Shown: one piece after another, positions 12,827 through 29,099 of the stretch | Layout: every line of letters begins with the position of its first letter | Position numbering within the stretch: the stretch's first letter is position 1 | From: Chrysomallon squamiferum | Lineage: Eukaryota > Animalia > Mollusca | Assembly (NCBI GenBank): GCA_012295275.1 | Contig: CM022679.1 | Location: forward strand, 24,800,001 to 24,864,000 | Length of the DNA stretch: 64,000 nt | Direction: 5' to 3' | Position numbers and translations under genes: made by a program | Notes under the pieces: generated by a model | What the model was told of the DNA's origin: nothing | Databases searched by the model: none | The model's input: only the letters and a program-made list of their open reading frames with translations

Positions 12827-14495
12827 GAAGACACTGCAAAGGTTTATCATTTCAAATTTTAAACAAAGAGAATGCAGTAAATATGCCAAAATGGATAAAT
12901 CAAAGAGGTAAACCAAATAATTTTTTATCATGTAATTTAGTTACATTTTTTTATTAAGTGTTCAAGTTATTTTTTTTAAATTTGTTTCTTTTGAATAATT
13001 TACACATAAAATACATGTCACTTTAATGTAGATACTGTTAGATTAATTTTATATCTTTTCAAATACTTTTTCTTTTGTCATACTTTTACATTAATCTGTA
13101 TCATTGACTGCTTGTTATATTATTTCTTCAAAATGTGTTTTCTTTGATTGAATAAACTGAAATTTTATTTATTCTGAAAATGAATATTATTTGAATACTT
13201 ATTTATTTATTTTTATTTATTTTGTTGTTATTAGTAATAATATTAATTTATTTTTCATGGTATTTAAAAAAAAAAAATTATATACACTTTTAATATTATT
13301 CAGTAATAATTTCTATTTAAAGTGATGCTTGTCAGTGTGGACGTACGATTGAGTGGCATAAAAAGAAAGGAATAAACGTTAACACAGAACATACAGAATG
13401 GAAGCTGGAAACACACACCAAGACAGTGCAATGTGATTCATTTGGAGAAATCAATTTCAAGGGTTTTGATCATCATACACAAAATTCTCCTGTAAATACT
13501 ACTTAATTAGTTTTGTTTGCTGAATTTGAATTTTACTAAAACAAAAAAAAAAAAAAAAAAATAAAAAAGAATAATAATAATGTATATTATTGGTTTTTCA
13601 CGGACATATGCATTTACAATTTGTTCATGAAGGTATTATTTTGTAAATAATACCAATCAGTTTTGTTTGCTGATTTTAAAATGATACTGATATCAGAAAG
13701 ATAGTAAGGTATATTTTGGTGGTTGGACAGAATTTTTGTTTTAATGTATTCAGGAATGTATGCACAGCAGAACCACTGACTAAAATAATTTCAAAATCAA
13801 TGGTAATATTTTTTATCTTTATATTTGTGTGTGTGTGTGTGTGGTTATATAGTTATATTATTCTAATTATAACTATTACTATAATTATTATTAATATTAT
13901 TTAATTAGATTGTTTTGGAGTTGTTACTTGTGTAACTATTTCTTACTTCAGTATGTCAGACTTGACAGTAAAACTAAGCTAGAGAAAGTCTGGAAACTCT
14001 TGACGAAATACTGGAATCTCCCTGTTCCAAAACTTCTCATCTCAGTTACTGGTGGTTCCAAATGTATTTATGTGAAGTCAGAAATGAAGACCATTTTAAA
14101 ACAAGCACTGTGTCATGCTGCCACTAGCACTGGTTTGTACATAGACACATACACAAGTTTTAAACAACTTTATTTGTATTTTAAACATTTTTACCTTTCT
14201 AGTGAAAGTATGAGTTATTTAAAGTCAGTAGAACTTAGACATTATAAACAATTTATATCTAGCTTCAATTTTATTTTAAACATTTTTATGTTTGTAATAA
14301 CTGCGTGAATGTAACATGTTAGTAGTAACATTTTTAATTTGTTTCTAAGAAAGTGAAAAACATTTATAATGAGCTTTATTCTTTCTGTTTTATTTTATTT
14401 ACTGTTTTCCTTTTCTAAGGGGTTTAAATATACAGAGATGTTTACTCTGTTATTTATTTCTATTGTAAATTTGTCTATCTCATATTTATTGATTT

Positions 14496-14545
<50 letters not shown>

Positions 14546-17500
14546 TTAATTTTTTTTCTTTTTAATTTTAATTTGTAGGAGCTTGGATTATTACAGGAGG
14601 TACAGGAAAAGGAATTATGAAGATGGTTGGAGAAGCTGTGAATGAATATATACCTCCTAGTAAACAAAATGAAAAAATTGTGACTCTTGGTATAGCAACA
14701 TGGGGAATAGTTTCCAACAGAAAAGCTTTAGAGGCAGAAGGGGTGAGTTTCAGCTGGCTATACTTGTACTTGCATAATTATGAGTACTCTGGTAAACTTC
14801 AGAATATACTTTTGAACTGATATAACTTTAATAAATTAATAAATAATAACTGTTACAAAATATAAATGGAAAATTAGAACACAGAGTTCAAAGAGTTAAT
14901 AAGTGTAATTTTATAAGTTGGCTAAAGATTTAATTTTTTGAGTGCTCTGTTTAAGAAAGATAAGTTAATCTATTTTTAAAAATTCAGAATTAAAATAAAA
15001 ACTGAATTATCACCTTATGTACATATTTGTTTAGTGTGTTAGTATATTATGTAACATCTGTGTTAAGATATTTTGTATATTTTTATCTCTCTCTCTCTCT
15101 CTCTCTCTTTTTCTTGTTTCTATTTTGCACACACTTTTATTTTGCATTTTTTTTTTTTTATATTATGATTTGAATAAAATATAATAATATATCAGGATGA
15201 AGGACTCTTCCCTGCAACATATGACATTAAAGATGTCAAGAAGGATGCTAAAGGTGCCCCATTAGATCACAATCATTCACACTTCATACTTGTTGACAAT
15301 GGAACAGAAAATATATATGGTGGCGAAAGATAGAATTCAGAGCAAAGCTTGAAAAATATATATCCCAAAAATCAGGTAATGTTAAAAACAGACTTTCTCA
15401 GAATAAGAGACAAAGAATTTTATAAATGTTTATCAGTTTAGTGGCATGTGAATATTTAAAAAAAATAAATGACAGTTTCAGAGAGAATGTGAATATGAAT
15501 GTATAAATAATATGTGTATGTTATTAATGGTGTATGTATTGATAATTACAAATAATATGAGAAGTTTGTGTGTGAAACAGTAATGTGCAATTTTTATGAA
15601 ATTATTTGTTTTACTTTGTTTGTTTTATGCTTTATTGCAAAGGTTTATATATGGTACAAATAGTTACAGTTATTGGAAAAATATTTAGAAAAAAAACAAA
15701 ATTCATTTTATTAAATGGATGTAAAAAAAAAAAAAAATTTTTTCCGTTTGTTTGTGATGATGTGTAAATTTATGTTTTTGTGTTTTATTTTACATTTTTT
15801 CATTTTCAAAACCTCAAAATATAAAATGATTTGTATGAAAGTATAATCAAATTTGTATCTAAAAAAATAAAAATGGTACCTCGAACAAGTGCCGTATGTA
15901 TTTTTTTAGTTACCAGCTGTGTGTGTGTGTGTTTTTTTTTTGTTTGAGTTGTGAGCCAAAATTTGTGTGTGTGTGTGTTGCCGCTTTATCATTGATTTTC
16001 ATAACATTTTTTGTTTCACTTACTGAAACTTTATGTTGTGTTTTTTTACAATTTTGTAAATTTCATTTTTTCTGTGGAAGAAAAAAAAGGATACTGAGAA
16101 TTAAAGTGTAATATTGAATTAAAAGCAATGATTCATATTAAATCATAATGTTTTAGAATGGCTAGAAACAAGTATCAGTATTTTATTATTTACATAATTA
16201 TTTGTAAAATTATGGAAACTAAAAAGGTGTAAATAATATATCATTGGTTAAATAACAGAAAACATTTTTTCTTTACATTTTATTTTTTTTTTATTTTATT
16301 ACTTTTCATAATTTTGCAGCTTTAAAATCTGAACAAAAAAAATCACAAGGGTTTTGGTATCACTTTTTTTTTTGTTGTTATAATAATATACGTCTTCTTC
16401 AGAACTGTAAATTTCGGTTTTCTATCAGACATGTATTTTAGTATATTATACCTATTTTCTTTTTTTTTTTATAATTAAAATTGACTAAATTTATGGAAGT
16501 AAAGCAGATAATTTAATATTCACAACAAAATAAAGAATGATAATGTGGTAGAGAAATAATCAAATACATATTTTTATATAGAATTGTTTGTAAAACATCA
16601 AATAGGAAAGTATTTGAGTTCACTTATTGTAACAGAACTTTATTATATTATTATTTTTATTATATTATTCCTCCAATAGAGACTGTTCCCATTGTGACTT
16701 TGGTGGTGGGGGGTGGAGTAAATACCATGGCAACCGTCTGTGAATCTGTCCACCAAAAGATACCTGTTATTGTCATAGAGGGATCAGGGAGAGCAGCAGA
16801 CTTTATATCTGAAGGTTATAATCTTAAAAAACCTAGTGAAAAACAGTGAGTTTCCATATTTACTTTTTATGTACTGTTGTTGTTGTTGGTCTTCTTCTAC
16901 TATCATTTCTATTATTATTATCATCATTATTATTATTACTATTTATCTTCTTGGTTATAAACTTACAAAACCTAGTAAAAACAAGTGAGTTTCCATAATT
17001 TATTTCTGATAGACTTTTTGTTGTTGTTGTTGTTGTTGTGCTATATTATTATTTTTATTATTTTCACCTTCCCCTTCCTATTATTATTATGATTATTATT
17101 AATTTGGTTTTGGTTAGTTTGGTTGCATGCTGTAGTAAAAAATTGGGGATCTGTTGCTTTAGCACATTATTAGAAAGATTGTTTATTTACCACTTTCTGT
17201 TACTGGAAAAAATTAAAGAAGACAACACTGAAACTCAGATATCCTGATTAGTAAAGAAAGCTTGTAACAGCAATGATGTTTTTTTAATATTTATTTATTT
17301 ACTTTTTTCCTTTTAATATATATTACAAAATAAAATGGTGAAGAAGATTTAGGACAATTTAAATTCAACCATATATTATTAGTGCTAAATTTATTTGTTG
17401 TTCATGTCCTGATAAATTTGATTTTCTTCCATATTTTAAAAATCAATAAAAGACATTGCCAGAAAAAAGATTTTGATGGATAGTATTAGCAAAAATAACA

Positions 17501-17721
17501 GTGATGAAATTTCCAGTGATCTGAAACAAATTTTAGAGTGTAGAAATCTGGTAAATACATCTACAGTAATAAATTTCTTAAACCCTTTCTCATGTAATCA
17601 GTTTGTCAGAAAAGAAAAGTAAAATCATTGAAATGTATGGATGAAACTAATTCCATTATAAATACAAAAAGAAAGAAAAAAAAAAATAGTTCCATGAAAA
17701 CATTTTCTATTTGCCTTTTTT

Positions 17722-17770
<49 letters not shown>

Positions 17771-20700
17771 CATAAATTTTATAAACATAAAATGTTTGAA
17801 TAATTGTACTGTTTAAATTGGAGGCACTAAACACAGTAGCTGTCATTAACAACTCAACAAAAACTGTTTATTTTCCATCACTGATTTTCAAATAACTGTT
17901 TGTTTCAGATCACATTACTTAAACTTGAGACTAAAGAGGACATTACCCAAGAAATTCCCAGAGCCTTGATTAAAGGTTATTTGTGATTTTTATTACAGTC
18001 TGAGAAATCAAATAATAATTTGTAAATATATCTAAAGTTTATATATATCTAACAGAGCCATACTAGAAAGTTAGTTCACTGAACTTTATTGCAGAACGTT
18101 GGCTTGAGTGACAAGTCCTTCAGTTGGCCTACTTTCAGTTACATTTGTAACATTATGACAAGATATGTGTTTTAAAAACAGGGTTTTCCTGATTAGGAGT
18201 TATGGAAATCTTTTACCTTTTCACCAAGAGAAAAGGACAGTCATATATTATGACCTTTTATTCACTAATTAGGCTAATTAGAAGTCATAGATTGATGGCA
18301 GTATTATAAAATATATTCATGATTTTTTTTTTTCAGTAAGTTATTTTAGTGAATGACATTTTTCCATATTAGTCCATGTAAAATGTTCATGAACTGGTTC
18401 CACCCAGAGGGACAAAGGCTCATAACATTTTCTGATAGGTCTGTGTATGTAGATAATGAAATGAGGTGAATATCGAGTAGCTTTCTTTTATTTTCACTCT
18501 GAAATATTTCTTAGGATGCCCTTAGTTTGGTACCATCAAATTAAATAAAAAAGGTGACTTGCTTTTATACGTGCTAATAATAATTTTCTTCAAAGTTATC
18601 TAATGCCAAGAACACTTCATAATAACCATTTTGAGTGTTTATTTTTCCAATATAGTGTTAGTTAATGTTACAATAAATTTGGTAATTCATCAATTCCCAG
18701 GAAAACTTATCTTTGTTCATTTGTATCAGTTTCACTATTTTTCTAGATGGCTGAACATGGCTGCCTGTAAATGATTAGAATTAACTTGTAACAATTTCTG
18801 ATTTTTGCAAATATTCAAGCAGATGATGAGGAAAAAAATGCTGCAAATTTGAAATCTGGCAGTCAACCTTTGAGGTTTATATGCATATGATGTGTGTAAT
18901 TGATAGGGATAAAAATATAAAAATAAGATTGCTGTTTGTGTTAATATTGCTTAATTTTCAGGATAAAAATTGGCAAAACGATGGTGAAAAGCTGAAACTG
19001 AAAATGTTTTAAATATTAAAATCTCCAAAGCTGTTTTCTTTTGACCTCTGGTGATCAACCTTCAGTTCAAATGGCTCTGCTCTTATTTTATTATCTACAT
19101 AGACCTCTCAAGAAAATTCTGTGAGCCTTTGTCCCTCTGGGTGGTACCAAATTCTGGCCAATACTGTATCTCTAGTAACTATATCCAGCCATGTATTTTT
19201 TTTTTTTTTTCTTATTTATAAAACTTATAAAATTTATAAATTGACTATTTTACATTATATGAATAGTTTACATCATTTTTAGCCAAGAACTTAGATGTCA
19301 AAACTCAGCTGAAATTGGCTCTTGAGTGGAATTGCTGTGACATTGCCAGGAATGAAATATTCAACCAAGAAAATAGGCAAAACCTGGAGGTAACTTAATT
19401 ATTTTCATTTTCAAGACATTTTATTTTAAATAACTTCAGTTTGCAGTATATACTTTACTAAATCATATTAGTGTTAAACATATATAAAAAGTGCTGAATA
19501 CTACATAACACTGAGTGCATTCTGGAGTTCAGAGTGGTGATTCTCAAACCTATCTCAAGGTAAATTTAAACCCATAATTTGTTATTTTGTTCTTTTAAAA
19601 AGTGGTAAAATTCTTATATAATAATATTATTAATAATAATATGTTGATAAAATTTACATTGTAGCATTATTACCTGTTTTACTGTTGAAAGATTTGTCAT
19701 TCCTGGCTTAGACATAATATGATAAAAAGATGTAATAAAATTAATTATTTCTTTATTTTTTTTTATTTTTATTTTATTTTATTATGTTATTAATTATTTT
19801 TTATATATTATTTTTTTTTTTTTTTTATTATTATTTTTTTTTTTTTTTTTTTTTTTATTTTTTTATTTATTTTTTAAAAGGAAAAAAATTAGATAAAAAC
19901 CAATGATGACAGCTCTTGTGGAAAAACAGAGTAGACTTTGTAAAGCTTTTTTATTGACACAAAGATACTGACATTCATATTGACTTAAAGAAGTTTTTGA
20001 CTATTAAAAACCTTCATAGTCTCTCTATTACAAAGTAAGTTAAAATTATCTATTGTTATGATTATTTTTTTTTAAATTGAAATTACCATGTTCTGTTTAT
20101 TTACTTAACCAAATTTGATTCATTAAATTGCTATTATTTTATTATTATTATTTCTTTATTTTTAAAAATTGTTTTATTTATTTACATGCTTTTTCTTTTT
20201 ATTATTATTCATGTTGTTATTATTTGTTTATTTATTTCTCATCTTTTAAAGTTACTTTTCCAATTTTTTTATGTTTTTTTTTTTTGGATGTTTTTTTTTT
20301 TTTTTTTTTTTTTACAACCTCACACACACTAATTTTATTTTTGATTTGTTATTTGTTCTTATTATTTGATTGTTTTATGTTTTTGTTTTCCAGCTTTATA
20401 AAAAGAAATCCGAGTTTTTTAATCTTCTGATTGATGACATCAGGGTAAGTATTTGATTTTGTAATAGGCTCTGAGTCAGTATCACCATATAGCTGGTAGA
20501 TCATGGTTCACAGAGAATGTAGAAAAATTAATATGATCTTAACAAGATTTTCTAACCACCTTTTTGTAGTTTGTCTATATGTATATATATATAATGTTAT
20601 ATGTTGCTTTTATTTTGTGTTTTATGTGCATTATGAATTTACATTACATTATAGTTATCTAAAAAATTAAAATAATAAAACAAATTCTTTTTGTTTATTT

Positions 20701-23700
20701 CACTTTGTTTTTCTCTTACTAACATAATTATTATGTCATACTGTGTTTAATTCTGCAGGACACCTGGACAGCCTATTTCTTATATAAATCAACAGAACCC
20801 TCTGAAAACTTCCCAGATTTGTTGATAAATGTTGGTGAACTCATTGAATTCCTGCTCAAGCCCCAGTCATTTAACTTCTACTCAGGTATGTATTCCATAG
20901 TTTATATTATTCAGGCTATTTCTATATTTCTGACAGTCAGTGTCACAAAAAAATAAAAAAATAAAATAAAATAAAATATAATATATATATATAAAATAAA
21001 TAAATAAATAAATGAAACAAATATGTACAAATTAATTGAAAGTGAATAAATAAAGAAAAAACAAAAGTTTGTTTACTATATTTTCATTTGTATACATTTT
21101 AATCGTTGATTTTTGTTTTGGAATACTGATTTATTATTATTATTTTTGGGGGTTCTTTGTTTATTTGTTGTTTTTTTATATATATATATATGCTAATAAT
21201 AATATGATGTTTTTTTTGTTTTTTTTTTTGTTTTAGTTTTTTTTTAAAAAAATATATAAAAAAAAAAAACATTTGTAATTAATTACGGTTAAAAATAACA
21301 TTATGTTATTAAAAACAAAAGTATATTTTTTAATAAAATGCAAACAAAAAAAAAGATTTCTTGAAATTATTTCATTAATAAAACATGCAAAAGCCATTCA
21401 ATTGTGGCTTAGGCTTCATTATAGTTCATGTTTCCTTTGTATACATTTTAATTGTTGATTTTTGTCATGGAATACTGATTTAGTTATAGTTTTTTTAGTT
21501 GACAAAGGTAAACCAAACATTTCAATTAGGTTATTATTATTATTTTTAATTTTGGTATAATATTTCATAATCACATGTTCTTATTTGTATTATTACAGTA
21601 ATTTATTGTTAGAACAGTTTTGTCTTAAGCAGAATTTAAACAACCACTTTGAAGGTATATGTTTGTAGACATGTGTGTGTGTATGTGTATGTTTTTTTTA
21701 TGTGTGTATGACAGTTTTATTCAAAGTACTTGTTTTCTTCAATAGACATTTTAAATATTTTTCTAGATTTATAAATTTTGTTTTTATGTGTTTCATTACT
21801 TACTTCAAACTAATATTTATGAGTATAAAATTTTCAACCAGTTCTTTGAGCAGAATTTAACAAGACATTATCTAACATACTGCTCTTAAATTATAAGAAT
21901 GCACTAGTAACATTTTATGTTGCACATTTTCATGACACTTAATTGTTATTATTCTTTAGTAACTAATGTTTCAGAATTTTTGTATGTAGAAAATTCAAGC
22001 ACTTAAGTAATGCACACATTTAGATAAATAACACCTATAACAAATAGCAAACACACACACATAAACATAAAATGCATAACATTTATATATACATAAATGC
22101 ATATATCACATATTTACATAAGTACAAAACAGTAACAGAATTAAAGTATACACATAACAAATGCACATGCATAAAACACACAGACACACACACACTGGTT
22201 TTGAAATGTCATAGTGAAGCAATAATATTGTTTGTATTATTCATATCTGTTATATTTGACATAAATCTCTTTGATCTGAAACCAATTTTTCTCAAATGTA
22301 GTGTTTAAGTATTGTAAATGTAAGATCAAAATAAGCTTCATAAATTTAGATCATTTGCCATGTACAGAATTATGTGATTTGTATTTCCACCTGCTGTGTA
22401 TTGTCTGTACTTTCAAAGTTATCTTTAGTTCTGATGCATGGTGCCAGGAATTAATTTTCCGTTAAAAAAAGAAAGAAAATAAAGTTATTTCATTTTCTTC
22501 TTTTGCTTTTATTTAAAATAAATCATGGAAGAATGATAATTTGGCATTTGAAGTATGTTCTGTTTTTTTTAATTTGCAGAGTGAATTTTTAAATTTTATT
22601 ACTGCAATTATATATGTACAATTATTATTTTATTATCATTTCTTTTAAAAATCTTTTTAATTTAATTTTCTTTTTTTTTAACTTTTTAAAAAATTTCAAA
22701 ATTTAAATAACAGTATTTTTTTATTCTTGTGTATGTCACTATACATAGCTAATTCATAGAATTATAGTATATACATGTTTAAATATAAATCCCTGATTAA
22801 TATATAAAATTTTAAATATAAAGAAAAACTAAATATGTATAGTTCATTTTAGCACTCTTCTGGTGATTAATTCAAACTTTTTATATTTTTATATATGTAT
22901 ATATTTTTTTTTAAATACAATAACTTTTTCTTTGATTAAATTTCTAGCTTTACATTATAATCACTTTATTAATAGAAAGAAACTGAGATAATTATAATTA
23001 TAATATAATTTTATGAATTTGGATGTCAGTTCTAGCTGTAATATTGAAAATACTAAACCTAAATCATGCAGGATAAGGCACTGATTGATTACTTTTATAT
23101 TAGTTTTTTACTGCAATTTTACTTATTAGATATTTTCTTTATAATTTACATAATTTTCATTATATAACCCTAATAAGCTTTATCTGTTTAATTTTAAAAA
23201 AAAATAAATAAATTTTACTAATTTTTATTATTTTATTTTATTTTATTTGTCCAAACAATTATTATTGTTATTGTTGTTGTTGATCATATTGTTGTTTCTG
23301 TTGTTACTGTTGTTCTTTTTACAGGTTGAGCATCCCTTAACCATAAATTCAAAAAACTTAAAATCTTTGAAATCCTAAAACTTTTTTGAGCAGCCAAAAT
23401 AGCTTAAAATTATCAAATTATCCTCTAAAGATTTGTTAAATTTTATTTTATTTACAGATGAAAGTTTATTCAATCTAGAAAAGGAGAATAAGTTTGGAAA
23501 TTTCACTGAAGTATCAAACCCAGAACAACATTTATTTATCTGGGCTGTTCTCTTCAACCGCAAAGAAATGGCTGAACTGTTCTGGAAGCATGGAAATGAC
23601 CAGCTAGGTAACAGAAATTTAAAATATTATTATACTGTTATTGTAAAACATTTATCATTTGTATGATAATATGAAATAAAAATAAATTGATTTGTTATTA

Positions 23701-26700
23701 AACTACTGTGATTAGGATTTTTTAAAGAATATATACTCTCTATTTTTGTTTGTTTCTGTTATCATTGATGATGTCATTGCTGTTGTTTGTGAGGTGTTTG
23801 GTGGGAGGTGTTGTTTTATTTTGTTATGTTAATTATTTATTGTGTTTTAGTACAGTAACAGTCACCTAAGAAGTGATAGATCCATGGATCAAATCTTCTC
23901 TCATTTCATTTTATTAGTTCCATTCAATCTTGTCCCTTGTTTATAGTTTTTCAAAGTTTACTATATGCTTCTGTATTAAAGTTAATTATAATCTTGTGTT
24001 GTTTCAGGGACAGCAATGATTGCCTCTGCCCTGCTGAAATCTCTGTCTGAAGAGGCTGAAAATAAGGGAGAATCGGAACTTAGTAAAAATCTGACAGAAA
24101 ATGCAGAGTAAGTAATCCTTTCACTAATACGTAGTATGTTTGAAGTTTTTAATTAATGTTCCATTCAAAGGACAGTAAATATATCTCTTTTATCCATATA
24201 CTTTGTGAGTTTGCATTTCCTAACTAATGTGCTGTTGAAATTTTTTAAATGTATTTCTTTTATCCAAATAGCTTGACCAACTGTGAGCAATATTTTTTGC
24301 ATTCATTTCACTCAGTTGATCAGTAAATTTCAGACAAATGTTGACCAGGTCATAGGTGGCCTAAACAAAACTCACAAATTCAAAATTACAACAATAGTTA
24401 GTCCATGAAATTACTACTATAGATATCATACAGAGAAACAAATATTTTATAATTTATAACAGATTGTCTGTGAATAGTACAACATTGTGTCCTAAACATG
24501 TATTTGAAGATGAAAAAGAAAATCATGGGAAGCAAACCGATCAAAACAAATATCTAAAAAAAAAAAATTAATATAGGTTGCATGTTAATGGAAAGATTTT
24601 GCACAGTAAGGCTACTTCATAATAACAATGATCTTTGGCATTGCTATAGGCAATGCTGTTAGGTACCAAAAACCAGAACCTGGAATATTTATACTTTGTT
24701 GTTCTGGAAAACTGGGGCATGGAGTACAGAGTTAAAATATGAAATACTATATATGAAACAAGAATATAAGAAGGAAAATAAAGAAGTTAAATGGATAAAT
24801 GATTTTATGTTTTTATTCCAGGTTTTTTGAGAGACTTAGCAAAGAACTGCTGTCAGAGTGTTACGATAAAGACAAGGATGTGACATATCAGTTGTTAGTT
24901 CGAGAACTACCATTATGGGGAAGCCTGACGTTGTTCAAGATTGCTGATACCTATAAGATGATGGACTTCATGGAACACTCCTCATGTCAAAAAAAACTCA
25001 ACAGCATCTGGAAAGGTCAGATGGAGCCATATACTTCAGAACTAAAGGTATCCTTGTTCAATATCTCACATTTAGAAATCATAATTCAGTAGAAAACAAA
25101 AGTTTGAGGTGATGGGAACCTTCTTTCATATAGTTTTCTGCACATAATTTAAAGTTACTATATAATTATAATTTAAAAATAATTTTTGTTTTTTTTTTAA
25201 AAAATAAATATTGATTCATCATTTTTTTTTTTTTTCATCCTTTTTTGATATCAGCAATTTCTAAATTCCAGTTGTTGGGATATTCTCATCCTTCTTCCTC
25301 TCTTTATATGTAATTGTTCAGTTTGAACTTTCTTTTTATAATGACTCTTTTATATCACAGTTTTTTGGCCTTGTTACAGATCATCCTTTGCATTTTCTTT
25401 CCCATATTCCTTCCTTTGATCAAATTCACTTCCAACGAAAAACCTACCACCATCATCAAGAGATGGATTGGTAGTAACAAGGTTGAGGATGAATCTGCGT
25501 CTGACACATCTGGCTTTCCAAAGACACAAAATACAAAATACAAAATCTCTCTGTTTGGCAGTGATAAAACTATCAACATTCTGTCTGCTTGGATGTATTT
25601 CTGTACTGCCCCAGTCACTAAGTTTTTCTTCAATGTGGTAGGTATTGTGAATGGTGGTAAATTCATTTAAAATTGTCTGCTGTTTGTCAAAATATTAAAG
25701 AAGCCATTTTACTATGATAAAAAGTTATAATTCTCTTAAATTTATTGTTAATAAACTACACTTTTTATTTTATTATTTTTTTTCTCTCCATATCAGTATT
25801 TTATTTTATCTGTACCATCCAGATTTTTATTCATACATGGTTCAGAATAAAACACATTAATTTTTCCTCCATCTTTCTTCATTTATCTTTTTTCCAAGTT
25901 ACTTTCTGCAATGTTTTTGAAATCAAAAATAATTTACTGTTACTTTCTTCAGCTGTCCTACGTTGTGTTGCTAGGCATTTTCAGCTACTTTGTGTTGGTG
26001 GATCTCCGACCTCTGGGAGAGCCACAATCTCCATCCAAGTGGGAAATCATTACATGTATCTGGATTGGTACCATGATCATTGAAGAAATTAGACAGGTGT
26101 GCAATCATTTATCTTAGATTAATTTAATCTTAATGAAAACCTTTGCAGACAGGTCTTCATCAAATACAAAATATTTTACTTCTTTTTAAATGTGATGTAT
26201 TTAATAAAACTTATGTATAATACATAAAATACATGACATTTTATTTTTTGTCTGCAATGAGTTGTTTCACTTTCTTTCTAGATTTTTATCCTTACCGAGA
26301 ACTCCTTAAAATACAGACATTTTATTTGTTTCTAGAGATTTATAAGTGATAAACATTCCATCAAATATGAGATTTTTTTCTTTTTTCTTTCTTCATTTTT
26401 CCACATAATATATATTTTGTTTTCTAGATTCTTTCCCGCAGTGAGGGCTCCTTCAAATACAAAATTTGGAACTGGTTATTTAACATGTGGAACAAATTTG
26501 ACCTTCTCATGTACATCATGTTCATTGTGTGCATCATTCTACGTTTGAGTCTAACTGACTCAGACTTTATCTGGGCCCGCAAAATGTACAGTGTGACACT
26601 GATCATGTTCTATCTCAGATCCATGCAGTTCCTTCTCGCTGCAAAAAACATAGGGCCTAAAGTGATCATGATATATAGAATGGTAATATATTTGTTTTTT

Positions 26701-26725
26701 TTGTTTATTCAGTTTTTTGGTTTTT

Positions 26726-26761
<36 letters not shown>

Positions 26762-26773
26762 TTTTTTTTGTTA

Positions 26774-26828
<55 letters not shown>

Positions 26829-29067
26829 GCTTAACCTAATATATTTAGTGATAATATGAACATTTTATAATGATAATCATAACATTTTTTATTATTAGTG
26901 CAAAGTGATCATTCTAATTCTAATAGTTATGAATTTTATGATATTTAATTTTTGTCTATGTATTTGTTTTATTTATGAATACATACTTATTTTTCAGCTG
27001 ATTGATCTGTCATATTTCTTCTACATCTTCCTTGTGTTTGTGATCAGTTTTGGTGTTGCCTACCATGTCAACATGTACCCAAACTCACCACAGTCATGGA
27101 CGATTCTCAGAGATGTGTTACGATTGCCATACTTTCAGATGTATGGTGAACTTTTCCTAGACAGAATTGAAGGTATTTATTTTATTTTTTTTACTAGAGT
27201 TATTAGAGAAAACTGTATAGTTATAATGCTGATCTAACAATGATGACTCCATGAGTCAGAGATAATAGATTTCTATTAAAACACACTACCCAAAAAGGAA
27301 AATTGTTTTCCTTAAGTTTCAGTTTCAGTATAATTCTTGCTATGATCTATAAATATAAAATTATAAAACGTCATTCTCATTTATACAGAATCAATACTTA
27401 GTCTGTCAATTAGAACTTTTTCAAATACAAAATGTCTTGCCTTAGCATCTGCTTTTTCAAAAGATGTTTCTAAAAACTGACAATTCTTTATTCTGAAGGC
27501 AAAACAAATATGTGATATTATTTCAGAACATGGAGATTTGACAGTAACATTCAAGAAGTATTTCCTTATCACTTGTACTTATTTATTTACTTACATACTA
27601 TTCTTGTGAAAAAACACCAGGCTGTATAAGGTATACAAATACTTACTTACTTACTTGTACTTGTTTACTTTATTTGTTCGGTTATTTACTTTATTCACTT
27701 ATTATTCAGTTGAAGAAATATCTAGCTGTACATATAATCATTTAAATATTTACTTACTTGTACTTCTATATTTTATTTTATTTATTTTTTTTTATTTATT
27801 ATACTTTATTTTTTCTATATTTTTATTTTATTTATTACTTATTTGTTTTCTTTTATTTATTTATTATTTTTATTTATTTTTATTTTATATTTTATACTTT
27901 TGTTTTATTTACTCACTTTACTTCTATATTTTATTTATTTTACTTGTACTTTATTTTATTTATTTTTTTATTTTTTTTTTATTTTTATTTTATTTACTTT
28001 ATATTTTATATTTTTTTACTTTTGTACTTCTATATTTTTTTACTTTATTGTACTTTTATATTTTATTTTTATTTACTTTTATATTTTATTTATTTTACTT
28101 TACTTTTATATTTTATTTACTTTTTTACTTTTATATTTTATTTACTCACTTAAACTTATTTTTATTTATTTGCTCACTTTGTACTTCTATATTTTATTTA
28201 CTTGCTCACTTGTACTTTTATTTTTATTTACTCACTTGTACTTTTATTTTTATTTACTTACTTTGTACTTCTATATTTTATTTACTTATTTTATTTACTT
28301 ACTTACTTATACTTCTATATTTTTTTATTTACTTATACTTTTTATTTTTCTATTTTTACTTACTTACTTGTACTTGTTTTATTTATTTACTTAACCACTT
28401 GTACTTGTTTACTTATTTTCTTAACCACTTGTATTTGTTTATTTATTTACTTATTATTCAGGAGAAGAAACATCAGGCTGTACATGTAACCAGTCTATTT
28501 GGCAGGAGGATCCTGATCAGCGATGTCCAGAAGCTAATTGGCTGAGCCCTGTGTTGTTGTCTGTCTACCTGCTGATGACAAACATTCTCCTTGTCAACCT
28601 TGTTATTGCCATGTTCAGGTTAGTCAAGGATTTTCGAGTCACACTTTGCTGTTATTGCAGAAGATATGGCAGATAGTTGTTAAACTCTTTTTTTTTTTTT
28701 TTTTATATATATATATATATATTTAATATATAATATGAATACAGTTTGCATACTACTACATTATTATTTATTTGAACTTCAAATATAAATCTTACAATAA
28801 ATAAATAATTACAATATAATAAGAAGTGTATTTCTCCTGTTTTTAACATCATAAAAAATCCACTTTTATTTGGTACAATAACATTATTTTTCAATGACTA
28901 ATTTCTGTCAGATGCTGATTTTCTTTATTTATTATTTTCTTTCCTTCTTTCTTTATTTCTTTACTTATTTTAACATTTCTATTTAAGCAAAGCTGTGATA
29001 AAGAAAAGAAAGTCAGCCTCCATGCAACTTGACAAGTTTATTTCTTTTCTTAATTTGTTAACATAAC

Positions 29068-29099
<32 letters not shown>

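Noticed and set aside
27655-28545. 296-aa hydrophobic ORF and overlapping ORFs resembling a membrane protein
   Set aside because: Artefact of stop-poor TTTA/TACTT low-complexity intron sequence; the real exon (28462-28618) is in another frame.
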